DNA from: Eledone cirrhosa
Lineage: Eukaryota
Assembly (NCBI GenBank): GCA_964016885.1
Contig: OZ024762.1
Coordinates: forward strand, 25,234,001-25,298,000
Direction of reading: 5' to 3'
Length of the DNA stretch: 64,000 bases
Below, one piece after another: positions 13,978-26,122 of this stretch. Every line of letters starts with the position of its first letter. Within the stretch, counting starts at the first letter, position 1. The translations under genes were made by a program, and so were the position numbers. A model generated the notes under the pieces. It saw only the letters and a list, made by a program, of their open reading frames with translations, searched no databases and had not been told where the DNA came from.

Positions 13978-14073
13978 GGCTACCTGATGATTTCTATATT
14001 AAATATTTATACTCTGCTTTGTATTGAGTCCCTTACTTACTGTGGTTACCTCCGATTGAACCCAGGATAAACT

Positions 14074-14175
<102 letters not shown>

Positions 14176-15001
14176 TGTGTGTGCGTGTAAGTACGTGCAC
14201 GCTTGCCAAAATCTTCAGTGGGATGAATAGAAGCTAGACAAACTAATAGAGCGTTTCCAAGTATATTTGTCACAAACAACTTTCTCTTACACATATACCC
14301 CCCCCCCCCCACACACACACACAACCACTCACACTCACACACAAAGATATACAAGCATGCACGCACATAGATGCGATAAAGATGATAAGCAAGAGACATC
14401 TTAACAGGAAGACGTGAATGAATACTCCAATATATCTTATATTTTTTGAAGACGTATTAGAAAATGAAGAAATCGTAGTTTAGTTAAAATGTTAGACTAT
14501 GTCATTTAAAGAACAATTTTATTTTCCTTACTTTACAAAGATTAAGACTTTAGCATTTCAAAGACAGACTTTGACAAGAGAATGTAAAACGGTCTATTAA
14601 AATACACGGCATCTGATCACGGAATGGAAGAATTAAAACGACATAAACATACTGAAATGAAGACAAAAAGAAAAAATCGTAGACATTGGCGTGAGGCGGT
14701 TTTGATTGAAAATAGTTACGGCGGATGGTATTAGGAGTGAGAAATAAGGTGGTGTGATGTGGTGTGGTGTTATGATGTAGTGTAGTGTAATCTGGTGGGG
14801 TGTAGTGTAGTGTGGTGCTGCTGTGAAAAAGAAGAAGGGGGTAACAGTTCAGCGCGAAATTGGTATAGGAAAAGGGAGTGTTGGTTGGAGGGAGTTGTGT
14901 TCAGGCGGATTTAAATTATACAGAATACCAAAGAAACTGTCTTAGCAAGTAAACTAAATGCTACGTATCGAATTGGTAATTGATACATTATATATAAATA
15001 A

Positions 15002-15094
<93 letters not shown>

Positions 15095-15118
15095 TATATA
15101 TACACATATATATATATG

Positions 15119-15181
<63 letters not shown>

Positions 15182-15317
15182 TACTATATATATATAAATT
15201 ACTATATATATACATATATATATAGATATATATATATTACTATATATATATAAATTACTATATATATATACATATATATATATAGATATATATATAGATA
15301 TAATTACTATATATATA

Positions 15318-16107
15318 TATATCAAAGGTATATATTGATTTAGGAACACAAAGTAGTCTCTTACAATAAAATAGCTCTAAGAAAGAGATATTTATGAGCC
15401 GTATATTATAATAGATTATAAAAGAAAAACAGATATATAGATATACGTGTTCAAATCGTAAGGGACCTGATTCGCTAAGTTGAAAAGGAATCATGTCCCT
15501 TACGATTTGAACACGTATATGTATATATCTGTTCGTTTTTCTTTTATATTCTATTATAACATACGACTCAGAAATATCTCTTTCTTAGAGTTATTTTATT
15601 GTAAGAGACTATTTTGAGTTCCTAACTCAATATATACCTTTGATATTTTCGGCTCCGTTAATTTGTTGAGCTATTTCAAATGTCGAGTAAACCTGGCTTC
15701 TATTTTTAGTGGTGTGGGTTTGTGAGACTCGCTAGGATGCCATACATAGATGTGTCTAGAATACTAATTTATCACCCACTGATGAGCTTGGATTAGTATT
15801 TCTATTCACAATTAACTTTGCGAAACAACAACAAGTAGTCTGGGTGATTGGTAGTTACCACAATTCCGGTTTGTATTTATTTTCTTAATTTTTTCTTAAA
15901 TTGAGACAAATGAACCCTATTGTCTATAGTTAGTATTGTTTTCACCTTAGGGAATCTGGTCCCTTACGATTTGAACACGTATATGTATATATCTGTTCGT
16001 TTTTTTTTTATTCTATTATAATATACGGCTCAGAAATATCTCTTTCTTAGAGCTATTTTATTGTAAGAGACTATTTTTGAGTCCCTAACTCAATATATAC
16101 CTATGAT
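15318..16107 (+). mobile_element. Retrozyme-like / non-autonomous PLE: about 464-bp monomer in 1.3 tandem copies plus an inverted arm
   Basis: A roughly 150-bp segment at 15495-15645 and 15959-16107 (direct) and 15318-15467 (inverted). No ORF; contains a hammerhead; flanked by (TA)n. Confidence 0.75.
15771..15848 (+). ncRNA. Type I hammerhead ribozyme (family D)
   Basis: Stem I ATCACCCA/TGGGTGAT (8 bp), CTGATGA, stem II closed by GC/GC, GAAAC, GTC cleavage triplet. Confidence 0.85.
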
Positions 16108-16134
16108 ATATATATATATTTCATATATATATAA

Positions 16135-16178
<44 letters not shown>

Positions 16179-16194
16179 ATTTATATATATATAG

Positions 16195-16232
<38 letters not shown>

Positions 16233-16404
16233 ATTTTAGTCTTCAAATTTATTATTATTACTATATATATATTACTATGTGTATATATATATATATGTAT
16301 ATATAATATATCTCAATATATATATATATATATATATACATACTTATTTACATACATACACATATATATATATATACTTATCTACATACATACAGACAGA
16401 CACA

Positions 16405-16513
<109 letters not shown>

Positions 16514-16761
16514 TTGTCATGATATTAGACTGACAGACACCTCCGGCATGTATATCTGTAGATATCGAGAGATTGAACATTATACGAATGGTACGCTTAC
16601 ACACACAAACAAACACACACTCACACACACATGTATATATATATATATGTATGTGCGTGTGTGAATATAAATGGGTGTGTGTGTATGTATGTGTTTGTGT
16701 AGATTTACTTCTTCCCAGACGTAAATAAGTATTTGCAGTTTTGCAGCTTGGCCTATTCTTG

Positions 16762-16800
<39 letters not shown>

Positions 16801-17046
16801 ATATATATATATTTATATATGAATATTACATATGTATACACATATATACACACATATATATATATATACATATATATATTTATATATATATGTTACACAC
16901 ACATATATACATATATATATATAAATATATATACATACATATATATATATATATAGTATTAATTATACTATTTATGGTTATGTAAATACAAAAACCTTTT
17001 GCAGTTATATATATTTTATACATATATATATATATATATATATATA

Positions 17047-17341
17047 AGAAATAGAAGCTTTCACCGTATTTTTGACTAAAGAAATTTTTTAGCCTGATAA
17101 TGGGGTTTAGAACCCTCAGATATATTGAAAAAAAACGAGTATTGACGTACATGGGAGTCGAACCCACATCTTTGGTTATCCAAACCACTCTGCTACCAAT
17201 ACACCAACGTCAATACTCATCTTTTTCTATTTCTCTGAGGGTTCTAAACCCATTATCAGGCTAAAAAATGTATTTAGTCAAAAATACAGTGAAAGCATCT
17301 ATTTCTAATTTCAAACTTGCTCACTGTTTCAAAACATACTT

Positions 17342-17345
<4 letters not shown>
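17047..17345. mobile_element. Fold-back element with a tRNA-like (A-box/B-box) sequence in the loop
   Basis: About 100-bp inverted arms 17047-17148 and 17207-17306. The loop on the minus strand reads TGGTGTATTGGTAGCA...GTGGG-TTCGACT-CCCAT (intact T-arm). Roughly 39-nt extension on the right arm. Confidence 0.75.
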
Positions 17346-17401
<56 letters not shown>

Positions 17402-17648
17402 AAGTATGTTTTGAAAATCAGTCATATGGAACTATTGTCATCTTGCCTGACGGTTTGATCTTTACAACACCACCTGCCTCTTTGAGGTAAAATACCAACC
17501 CTACTACCATCTACAAACTGACCAATGAGAATCAAGACTATTTATTCCTGTGGACAACATTAAATTATTCCTAACAAGCTCATATGTCCCAAGGCTCTGA
17601 TACCATCAACACTATAAACACAGACCTGGCATATCTAAGAACTGAATA

Positions 17649-17704
17649 ACTGCCTGATGAGGTCATAGCCATTAAATGGTTATCATCGAAATATATATAG
17701 CAGT
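17649..17704 (+). ncRNA. Type I hammerhead ribozyme (family E)
   Basis: Stem I ACTGC/GCAGT, CTGATGA, long stem II GGT-C-ATAGCCAT/ATGGTTAT-C-ATC, GAAA, palindromic TATATA, TA cleavage site; AATAAA follows immediately. Confidence 0.9.
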
Positions 17705-17761
17705 AAATAAAGGATTATGAGTTCATGCAATTGACTTATGTTTCGTCACTATATATATATA

Positions 17762-17876
17762 TATTTAACGATAGTTATAGCTCTGATTTATCTGAATTAT
17801 TGAGCCCTCTGCCACTCATGTCGGATTTGTTTATCGTAAATTCGTGAGCTGATTTTCCGATACTCGATTATTCTAT

Positions 17877-17878
<2 letters not shown>
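17762..17878. repeat. Dispersed ~115-bp repeat in (TA)n
   Basis: Diverged reverse-complement copy at about 37400-37515. Confidence 0.7.
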
Positions 17879-17917
<39 letters not shown>

Positions 17918-18137
17918 ATATATTACATATATATACTGTGCTGTCTATTTTGTTATTTCTGTTTAGCTTTTATATTCATGTATATATGTATATATATATA
18001 TAAACATTGAGTTATTGAATTTGTTGATTATTCAACAAAGTTAATTTATAACAGGTTAGAAGCACTCACCAAGTTTCTTCTGGAGTATAATATCAATAAT
18101 ATCAATATATGGAAACTATCATTATGAAACAATATTT

Positions 18138-18196
18138 ATTTTATTATATATATTTCAAGGGTACCAGTATTTTGGTACGCCCTCATCAGATAAAAT
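18138..18196 (-). ncRNA. Type I hammerhead ribozyme (family A)
   Basis: Minus strand: ATTTTAT-CTGATGA-GGGCGTACCA/AAATAC/TGGTACCCTT-GAAA-TATATA-TA-ATAAAAT; 7-bp stem I. Confidence 0.85.
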
Positions 18197-18259
18197 ACAA
18201 AAATTTCGTTTACAGAGAGTGAGCATCCACATTTGAACTTAATGTTATGAGTTCTATGT

Positions 18260-18327
<68 letters not shown>

Positions 18328-18417
18328 CGAACGAAATATGGTAAGGAACCGGATGAACCATAACGCACCAAAGTACTCAATACTTAAGCTAGTAGAGTGG
18401 GTAATAGGAACAGGTAT

Positions 18418-18514
18418 GACCCCGGCGGCAGAGCTCAAGCCATTTCGACGGCTAATTCTGGATAAACTAGAATTTTTAGCCTGGTAAATAAATAGCCGAA
18501 CTTCTCAGGGGGTA
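18418..18514 (-). ncRNA. Hammerhead-like motif with long stem II insert (family F), sense copy in PLE1 terminal repeat
   Basis: ACCCC-CTGAGAA-G..CGGCTA...TAGCCGTC-GAAA..GGC-ttgagctct-GCCG; the cleavage triplet is mutated in this copy. Confidence 0.55.
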
Positions 18515-19652
18515 ATTCCATATATGGGAAGATAGTATTGTCAAAAGGATTGGTCAAAAGTTTGTTGTAAAGACAGTTGATTCTATCATGGCATTTAGTG
18601 GGAGGTAGGGGTAGCTGAACTTGCTGGTAGAACAAAGAGGGAGTGGGGGAAGCCCAGTCAAACGTTGAAAGTGAAATCTATACAGCAGATTCTAAGGATA
18701 GTGTATAGAAGGTCGAAAAAAGTGTAGTGGAGAAGGGGAGGGGGTGGGTGAAAAAGTAGGTAAATCGAAAGGGAGTAAACAAACAAGCCATTATAAAGAT
18801 GAGGAGAAAAATATATAAAAAAACAAATATATAAAAAAACAACAATTTCTGGTTACTATTCCATCCCCACAATCCCCAAATCTTTCATTAGTATTGTTAA
18901 GCTATAGAAAAGTTTAATAGGTGGAGAAAAATGCTAAATACCGGATTGTAGCGAAAGCACTATATAAAGCCATCTTTACAGGGGGTTTGACACCACTGCA
19001 ATAGTTAGTAGTAATTAGCCAATGCTATCTTACAATGACAGGTTAATAAGTTGAGGACAAACATACTAAAAAACTAATACGAAATATTAATTCAGAATAC
19101 TAATACATACTAATACCAAGAATACTAAAGCCAAAATACAACTAAGAATTTTATAAAGCCATCTTTATAGGGTGTCTAACACCACTGCAATAGTTAGTAA
19201 TAATCAGCCAATGCTATCTTTCAATGACAGATTAATAAGTTGAGGACAAACATACTAATTCGAAATATTAATTAAGAATACTAATACAATAAATACTAAT
19301 ACAAGAATACCAATGCAGAAATACCACTAAGAAATTTAGAAATCACGAAAATGGAGCAGCAACCAGAAAGAAAGCAATTATCTGGGGTCTAACACATCTG
19401 CTATAAAAGGCGTAATAGGCCAATTCTATCTTAAAATTAGGGATGGGGCTGAGGCTACAGAGGACCGATGGGCTGCATCCGGGTGGGCGAAAAGTTGAAA
19501 AAAAAGACAAGGAAGGAGATCTGGGGTGGAAGGACTAGGAAGAGATGGGGGAAGAAGGAACTATAGAGGAAAAGATTAAAAACAATATTAAAAAGTTACG
19601 TCTACCTTTGTAAGCAGCGGTTACCCCTTACAAAGTCGGCAAGTGGGGTGTT

Positions 19653-21535
19653 TCAGCCCTTGTCTACCCCCCGGGTCATATGGGGTTTGAGGGCTAGGTA
19701 AGTCCTACGCAATCTGTGTTTTCATGCAGTTACCAGTTCGTCTTTCTTGTTTAGGAGTTGGTCCTGCGAAAACAGCATTTGTAATGTTTCCTCCGAGCAT
19801 AAGTTACACGGACGGCGTCCTCCCGTGTAAGAGTTAGCTCTGGACAGTAAGCTCCAAGTGAGATTGTATGTTATATTATTATCTTTGAGGTCCCAAATGT
19901 GGCCCGAGGGTGTAGTGGTGTGACGCCGGGTCGGGTTTCGGAAAGTATGTCTGTGTAGGTAGAGCCGGGTCGTGAAGTCACAAGCGGTTAATCCTATATA
20001 AGCTTTGTTGGAGGTGTCCGTCCTCACGTTGCACTGGTAGATCACATTACGATCTCGGCATCTGTTGTTGAGGGGGCAAAGGGTTATATCAGGACAGTTG
20101 CACCTCCTGGTCGGCTCTCCACTGCTGTCTCGGTTATTTCTTCCATAGGTGTTGAGTTTTTTGTTGTTAGAGGAGACAATGTTATGTGCAAAGTTAGGTG
20201 TGGTGCTGTAGGAGAGTTTAATGGTATTTTTGTTGATTATGTTGTGGTAGCGGTGTTGTAGTGGGAAGTGTTTTTCGAGGAGCCTAAAGAAGATTTTCCC
20301 GATAGGTGTTGTCACCTCGGCATTGTGGGGGAGGATTGAACCACGTTACGTTGCGTGAGCGGCGGTGTCGCCTGCTGGTTCCGCTAATGGAAGCTGGATA
20401 ATAGGATATTTCCTCCCGGAAGCCACTCAGCCTGAGGGCCTGGTTGTAATAAGGCGCGTCTTCATCGAATATCTGCTCATTAGCGGACAGACGAGATATG
20501 CCGAGGGAGATGTTTTTAACCAGGTTAATGGTGATGTTTCTAGGGTGGTTCGACCAGCGGTGTATGTAATACAGGTTGTCGTTAGGTTTCCTGTATGGGT
20601 AGTACAGATCATTATCGAGGTTAAGGGTAACGTCCAGGAAGTTTACTTGGGTTATTTTAAATCCCCTGTCGCGGAAGAAGCTGATTAATTTTTATGGACC
20701 CGGTCTGTACTACTGGGGTTGTACCCTTTGAGAGTAAAGGGCCCATCATCACGGCATAACCCACCGCTGAATGCAGGAAACCTTTCGGTGAGTTTGAATA
20801 GTAGGAATAATCCTATAAGATCTGTGACTTCAGCTGAATCCGTCGCGCCCATACTGACGTCAAAGGGGGAGCCAAGAGCTCTCTTTATCCATTTGGAGTT
20901 GTCTACCTGGCGTGGAGGAGGATATTTCTTTCTTGGTCGGTGATGGGCGCGAGTGTTTCGGCGAAGTCCAAGGCGGCCGTAAGGAGCGGTAAGGTAATTG
21001 AAGCATAATAACTCTCTATGTCAAACTGGATGAATTTTGTGTCTCGTTTGTCTTCCATATTGCTGAACCATGAGATTACTTCCTGGGTGTTGACCCATAG
21101 GCTAAGTCTCGCGTTTTGCTTAACTTTTGGTATAACGCGGTCTAGGATTTTTTTTACTGATTCTCCCTATGTCGGACTTCGTTGGGTTTATAAGTCTGAT
21201 GGATGGTTTACGGTCGAAGTCTGATTTGTGGTCCTTTAGTGTGAAGTAGGGAGTCCGTGGGTCTAGGGGTTCAGTGCGGTCGGCGACCCCGAGGCTGGAG
21301 GTAATTTGTTGTCCATCTCAATTTATGTCCTCGATACTTGGATGGTTAGCATTTTTATTGGTGGAGTTTAGGCTGCTCCTGATCAGTGTGTGGTAACTGT
21401 CAGGGTTGACGAAGTAGAGGTTACCAGTTTTCTCCGAGTGCACCATGATGTCGTTTGTGTTTGCATACTCTGTTAATTTGCTACGGAGTTTTTGTAGGAA
21501 TCTGTTGTGTCTGGGTTTGAATTTAATGCTCTTGA
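19653..21535 (-). pseudogene. Frameshifted PLE reverse transcriptase plus GIY-YIG endonuclease
   Basis: KFIQFDIESYYASI, FDVSMGATDSAEVTDLIG, GGLCRDD, CNCPDITLCPLNNRC, VIYQC..YIGLT, CNLCSEE, LLNKKDELVTA-UGA-KHR. Confidence 0.9.
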
Positions 21536-21711
21536 TCTGCTGTATAGATTTCACTTTCAACGCTTGACTGGGCTTCCCGACTCCCTCTTTGTTTTACCGG
21601 CAAGTTCAGCTACCCCTACCTTCCACTAAATGCCATGATAGAATCAACTGTCTTTACAACAAACTTTTGACCAATCATTTTGACAATTACTATCTTCTCA
21701 TATATGGAATT

Positions 21712-21807
21712 ACCCCCTGAGAAGTTCGGCTATTTATTTACCATGCTAAAAATTATTATTTAGTCCAGAATTAGCCTTCGAAATAGCTTGAGCTCTGCCG
21801 TCGGGGT
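21712..21807 (+). ncRNA. Hammerhead-like motif (family F), inverted copy
   Basis: Stem I ACCCC/GGGGT, core CTGAGAA, GAAA, GTC cleavage triplet; stem III partly decayed. Confidence 0.6.
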
Positions 21808-22249
21808 CATACTTGTTCCTATATATATATGCAGAGAGAGACAGAGAGAGGTAGAACACTGGAAGGTAATATCCGTAGTGGTAGAGCACTCAGTCCATGG
21901 GACGAGTTAGGTAGAAGTGGTAACACAACAGTTAGTTCACCATACTGAGAACAAATGTCTCATCTTAACCTTAGCGGATCTTCAGCTCGTAATGGACATG
22001 GTTATACGGAACAAGAAGGTTCTTCCTGTTCCGTATAACCAGTTTCAAACTACTTAGACCATTACACTGCCGCTGGGCCCCGACTCGTGAGAATATATAT
22101 ATATATATATATATATACAGTCGAGTCCGCTTAAGAGTATACCCTCGGGAATGTAAAGTAGTATACTCTTATCCGGACTAAGTAAAAATATTCCATAGTA
22201 TTATTATTTTGAGTCTTTCAATGATTAAAAATCGCTTTATTATCGTTCA

Positions 22250-22312
22250 AATAATTGTTTCTACTTTAGGCACAAGGCCAGCAAATACCCAGTGCATTAC
22301 TGGTACTTTATT
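22250..22312 (-). mobile_element. 5'-truncated SINE 3' end nested in the MITE
   Basis: AATAATTGTTTCTACTTTAGGCACAAGGCCAGC...GGTACTTTATT matches the SINE tail. Confidence 0.8.
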
Positions 22313-22552
22313 ATAAATATAAAAATAATACATACTAACCTTTGAGTAATGGATATTTTTTGAGGAATGGATAAAGCAGAGCGTTTCAAAGACATTTTTA
22401 TGACACAATCAATTATTATTTTTCTATTTGCATATATTAAACTTTAAATTGCTTTTAGAATCGTTGTATAAATTACATCATCGCATTTCATTTTGAATTG
22501 TTTTAAAATGGTTATGTTTCATTATAAGCCCAATTTACTTTACCGTATTCAT

Positions 22553-23197
22553 TATACTCTTATTCGGACTAAATTATATAGAAAATATATAAACGGGAAT
22601 TGATTATGCTATACTCTTATTCGGACTAAATTATATAGAAAATATATAAACGGGAATTGATTATGCTATACTCTTATTCGGACTAAATTATATAGAAAAT
22701 ATATAAACGTGAATTGATTATGCTATACTCTTATTCGGACTAAATTATATAGAAAATATATAAACGTGAATTGATTATGCTATACTCTTATTCGGACTAA
22801 ATTATATAGAAAATATATAAACGGGAATTGATTATGCTATACTCTTATGCGGACTAAATTATATAGAAAATATATAAACGGGAATTGATTATGCTATACT
22901 CTTATTCGGACTAAATTATATAGAAAATATATAAACGGGAATTGATTCTGCTATACTCTTATGCGGACTAAATTATATAGAAAATATATAAACGGGAATT
23001 GATTATGCTATACTCTTATTCGGACTAAATTATATAGAAAATATATAAACGTGAATTGATTATGCTATACTCTTATTCGGACTAAATTATATAGAAAATA
23101 TATAAACGTGAATTGATTATGCTATACTCTTATTCGGACTAAATTATATAGAAAATATATAAACGGGAATTGATTATGCTATACTCTTATGCGGACT
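22553..23197. repeat. 57-bp minisatellite, 11 full units plus a partial
   Basis: Unit TATACTCTTATTCGGACTAAATTATATAGAAAATATATAAACGGGAATTGATTATGC starting at 22553, 22610 ... 23180; few variant sites. Confidence 0.97.
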
Positions 23198-23369
23198 ATA
23201 CTCTTATCCGATATACACTTAAGCGCACCAATGCACTTTACAAAACATAGTACATACATTCGGGAATTGATTATGCTATACTCTTATCCGATATACTCTT
23301 ATCCGATATACTCTTATCCGATATACTCTTAAGCGGAATGGCTGACAAAATACGCACGTGCTCTTCTGA

Positions 23370-23562
23370 AAATAATTGTTTCTAGATTAGGCAGAAGGCC
23401 AGCAAATACCCAGTACATTACTGGTACTTTATTTTATCGATCCCGTAAGGATGAAAGGCAAAGTTAACCTCGGCGGAATTTGAACTCAGACTGTAAAGGG
23501 ACGTAACTATGCTAGAAAACATGGCGTCCAACCCCCTACCGATACTGCCAAGTGACCGCCCT
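23370..23562 (-). mobile_element. tRNA-derived SINE copy (tandem pair 2, first)
   Basis: Reverse complement of the 1642 family. Confidence 0.9.
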
Positions 23563-23577
23563 TTATACTGTATTTGA

Positions 23578-23770
23578 AAATAATTGTTTCTACTTTTGGC
23601 ACAAGGCCAGCAATTATCCCAGTGTATTGCTGGTACTTTATTTTATCGACCCCGTAAGGATGAAAGGCAAAGTTAACTTCGGCGGGATTTGAACTCAGAA
23701 TGGCAAGGGCCGTAACTCTATGCGTCAAAGCATGGTGTCCGCTCCTCTACCGATACTGCCAATCCACCGC
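23578..23770 (-). mobile_element. tRNA-derived SINE copy (tandem pair 2, second)
   Basis: Reverse complement of the 1642 family, 15 bp from the previous copy. Confidence 0.9.
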
Positions 23771-24004
23771 TTCAAAATAATGTTTACTATTCTTTCCTCT
23801 TTTCCCTCTTTATCTTTGTATTTCATCTTTTATATACCCTTCTATCTTCTGATGAAAGACTAGTGCCCGAAACTTAAATATTTTCCTACTATATCAAATG
23901 TTAAACTAATATATAGTTTTTCATTGTACTGTTTTGTTTGCTTTCTTGTTTCCATTCACTTTATGCATACACAAAAAAATAAATAATCATATCTATACAC
24001 ACAA

Positions 24005-24050
<46 letters not shown>

Positions 24051-24078
24051 TAAAATAACAGATTAAAGTTTAAGCAAA

Positions 24079-24137
<59 letters not shown>

Positions 24138-24284
24138 AATATATATATAAATATTAATATATATACACACATAAATATATATATATATAAAATATAAATA
24201 TTAATATATATATATGAATATATACAGATATATATACAAATATATATATATATATATACATATAATGTAAATAATTATGATTTC

Positions 24285-24319
<35 letters not shown>

Positions 24320-24332
24320 TATACATATATAC

Positions 24333-24365
<33 letters not shown>

Positions 24366-24405
24366 GTAATAATAATAAATTTGAAGACTAAAATCCAAAG
24401 AGGGC

Positions 24406-24487
<82 letters not shown>

Positions 24488-24494
<7 letters not shown>

Positions 24495-24680
24495 GTGAGG
24501 TTTTTTTTACAAATTGAAAAATAACCGAGTGAAAGTATAAAGAAAAAGAGATGAAATCGAAAATGCAACTGGAGACTTATTTAAAAAAAATATATATATA
24601 TTGATTTGGTTCCTTTACCGGTTTCGCAGTTCTTCTGCTTTTCAAAAGGTGAGTTGAGATGGACGGTCTGTGGTTTTTCT

Positions 24681-24684
<4 letters not shown>
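24488..24684 (-). mobile_element. PLE terminal-repeat fragment (family H) with U3-A8 hammerhead at 24612-24649
   Basis: Matches 58821-59030. Minus strand: CCTT-TTGAAAA-GCAG-aagaa-CTGC-GAAA-CCGG-TA-AAGG. Confidence 0.8.
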
Positions 24685-24754
<70 letters not shown>

Positions 24755-24792
24755 ATGTTATACTTTGGGAGGGTCATGTTGCCAATATATAT

Positions 24793-24983
24793 ATAGGAAC
24801 AAGTAAGACCCGACGGCTGAGCTCAAGCCGTTTCGACGGCTAATTCTGGACAGAATTAGCCGTCGAAACGGCTTGAGCTCAGCCGTCGGGGTCTTACTTG
24901 TTCCTATTACCCACTCTACTACTCTAAGTATTGAGTACTTTGGTGCGTTATGGTCCACCTGGTTCCTTACCACATTTCCTTCG

Positions 24984-24987
<4 letters not shown>
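24793..24987 (+). mobile_element. Short fold-back PLE insertion (family F)
   Basis: Near-perfect hairpin 24793-24848 / 24851-24907 with a 2-nt loop, then an 80-nt tail homologous to the PLE1 3' end (18325-18402). Confidence 0.88.
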
Positions 24988-25046
<59 letters not shown>

Positions 25047-25319
25047 AAATCATCATTATTTACATTATAGGTGACCAATAAAAAACTGTTAGTTCATTCT
25101 ATAGAAATTGTTATTAATCCGAAATTAAGCTATTAAAACCTTTTATGATTCCATCCAATAAGACTGTCTGTGACAGCGTTATGATACAAAGACATGAATT
25201 ACGCGGATATTCCTGAGATACAATTCCGAGATTTCGAGACAATAACGAAGCAAGTATAGAGATTTAGCAGCAGACAAAACCTCCGGACTCTATTCACAGT
25301 AATAATGTGAATATTGTTG

Positions 25320-25384
<65 letters not shown>

Positions 25385-25575
25385 ATTCTCACTCATATAT
25401 ATTTATAAATGTGTGTCCACATACATTAGATATATACATGTTTGTATATATATATATATATATATGTGTGTATATTTATATGTATATACGTATCTATATA
25501 TCACTCTCTATATACATACATATGCCTATATATATATGTATATATATGTATATATGTATCTATTATCTATCTATC

Positions 25576-25629
<54 letters not shown>

Positions 25630-25645
25630 AAGTATATGTATATAC

Positions 25646-25687
<42 letters not shown>

Positions 25688-26005
25688 TTATATATATACA
25701 TTTAAATATACATACATACACATGAATAAGTTTATGTCTGTCCGTATGCGGTTGCAACAATTAAGAAAAAAAATCTCTCTGCCTATAGCGAATATACCAG
25801 CTGTTTATGATTTGTAAGATTCTCACCGACTTATTTATACATAAGCTCCCACATCAATTCATGTAAAACATATACCAGTGAGTGTATATATGTGTATGTG
25901 GGATGTGTGTGTTTGTGGTGGTATGTGTGCTTTATTACAATAGAGAGAGTAAGAGATAGAGAGCGAGAGAGGGGATAGAGAGTACGTTTTCACCGTATAT
26001 ATACT

Positions 26006-26122
<117 letters not shown>

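Larger units (their letters stand above)
18325..21822 (-). mobile_element. Penelope-like retroelement 1 (probably Naiad clade), 5'-truncated with inverted terminal repeat
   Basis: Minus-strand RT and GIY-YIG remnants, and a 3' UTR with a roughly 190-bp internal duplication. 18403-18690 is repeated inverted at 21535-21822. Both ends lie in (TA)n. Confidence 0.92.
22118..23344. mobile_element. Non-autonomous Tc1/mariner-superfamily (pogo/Tigger-like) element
   Basis: Begins TA|CAGTCGAGTCCGCTTAAGAGTATA and ends TATACTCTTAAGCGGAATGGCTG, a 16-bp exact inverted match with an imperfect right tip. Sub-terminal TATACTCTTATCCG repeats; no transposase. Confidence 0.7.

Noticed and set aside
17143-17213. 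Functional tRNA gene
   Set aside because: The acceptor stem is out of register and the D-stem is mismatched; treated as a tRNA-derived sequence.
22553-23197. Regular repeat array resembling CRISPR
   Set aside because: Units are contiguous and near-identical with no unique spacers, there are no cas genes, and the context is eukaryotic.
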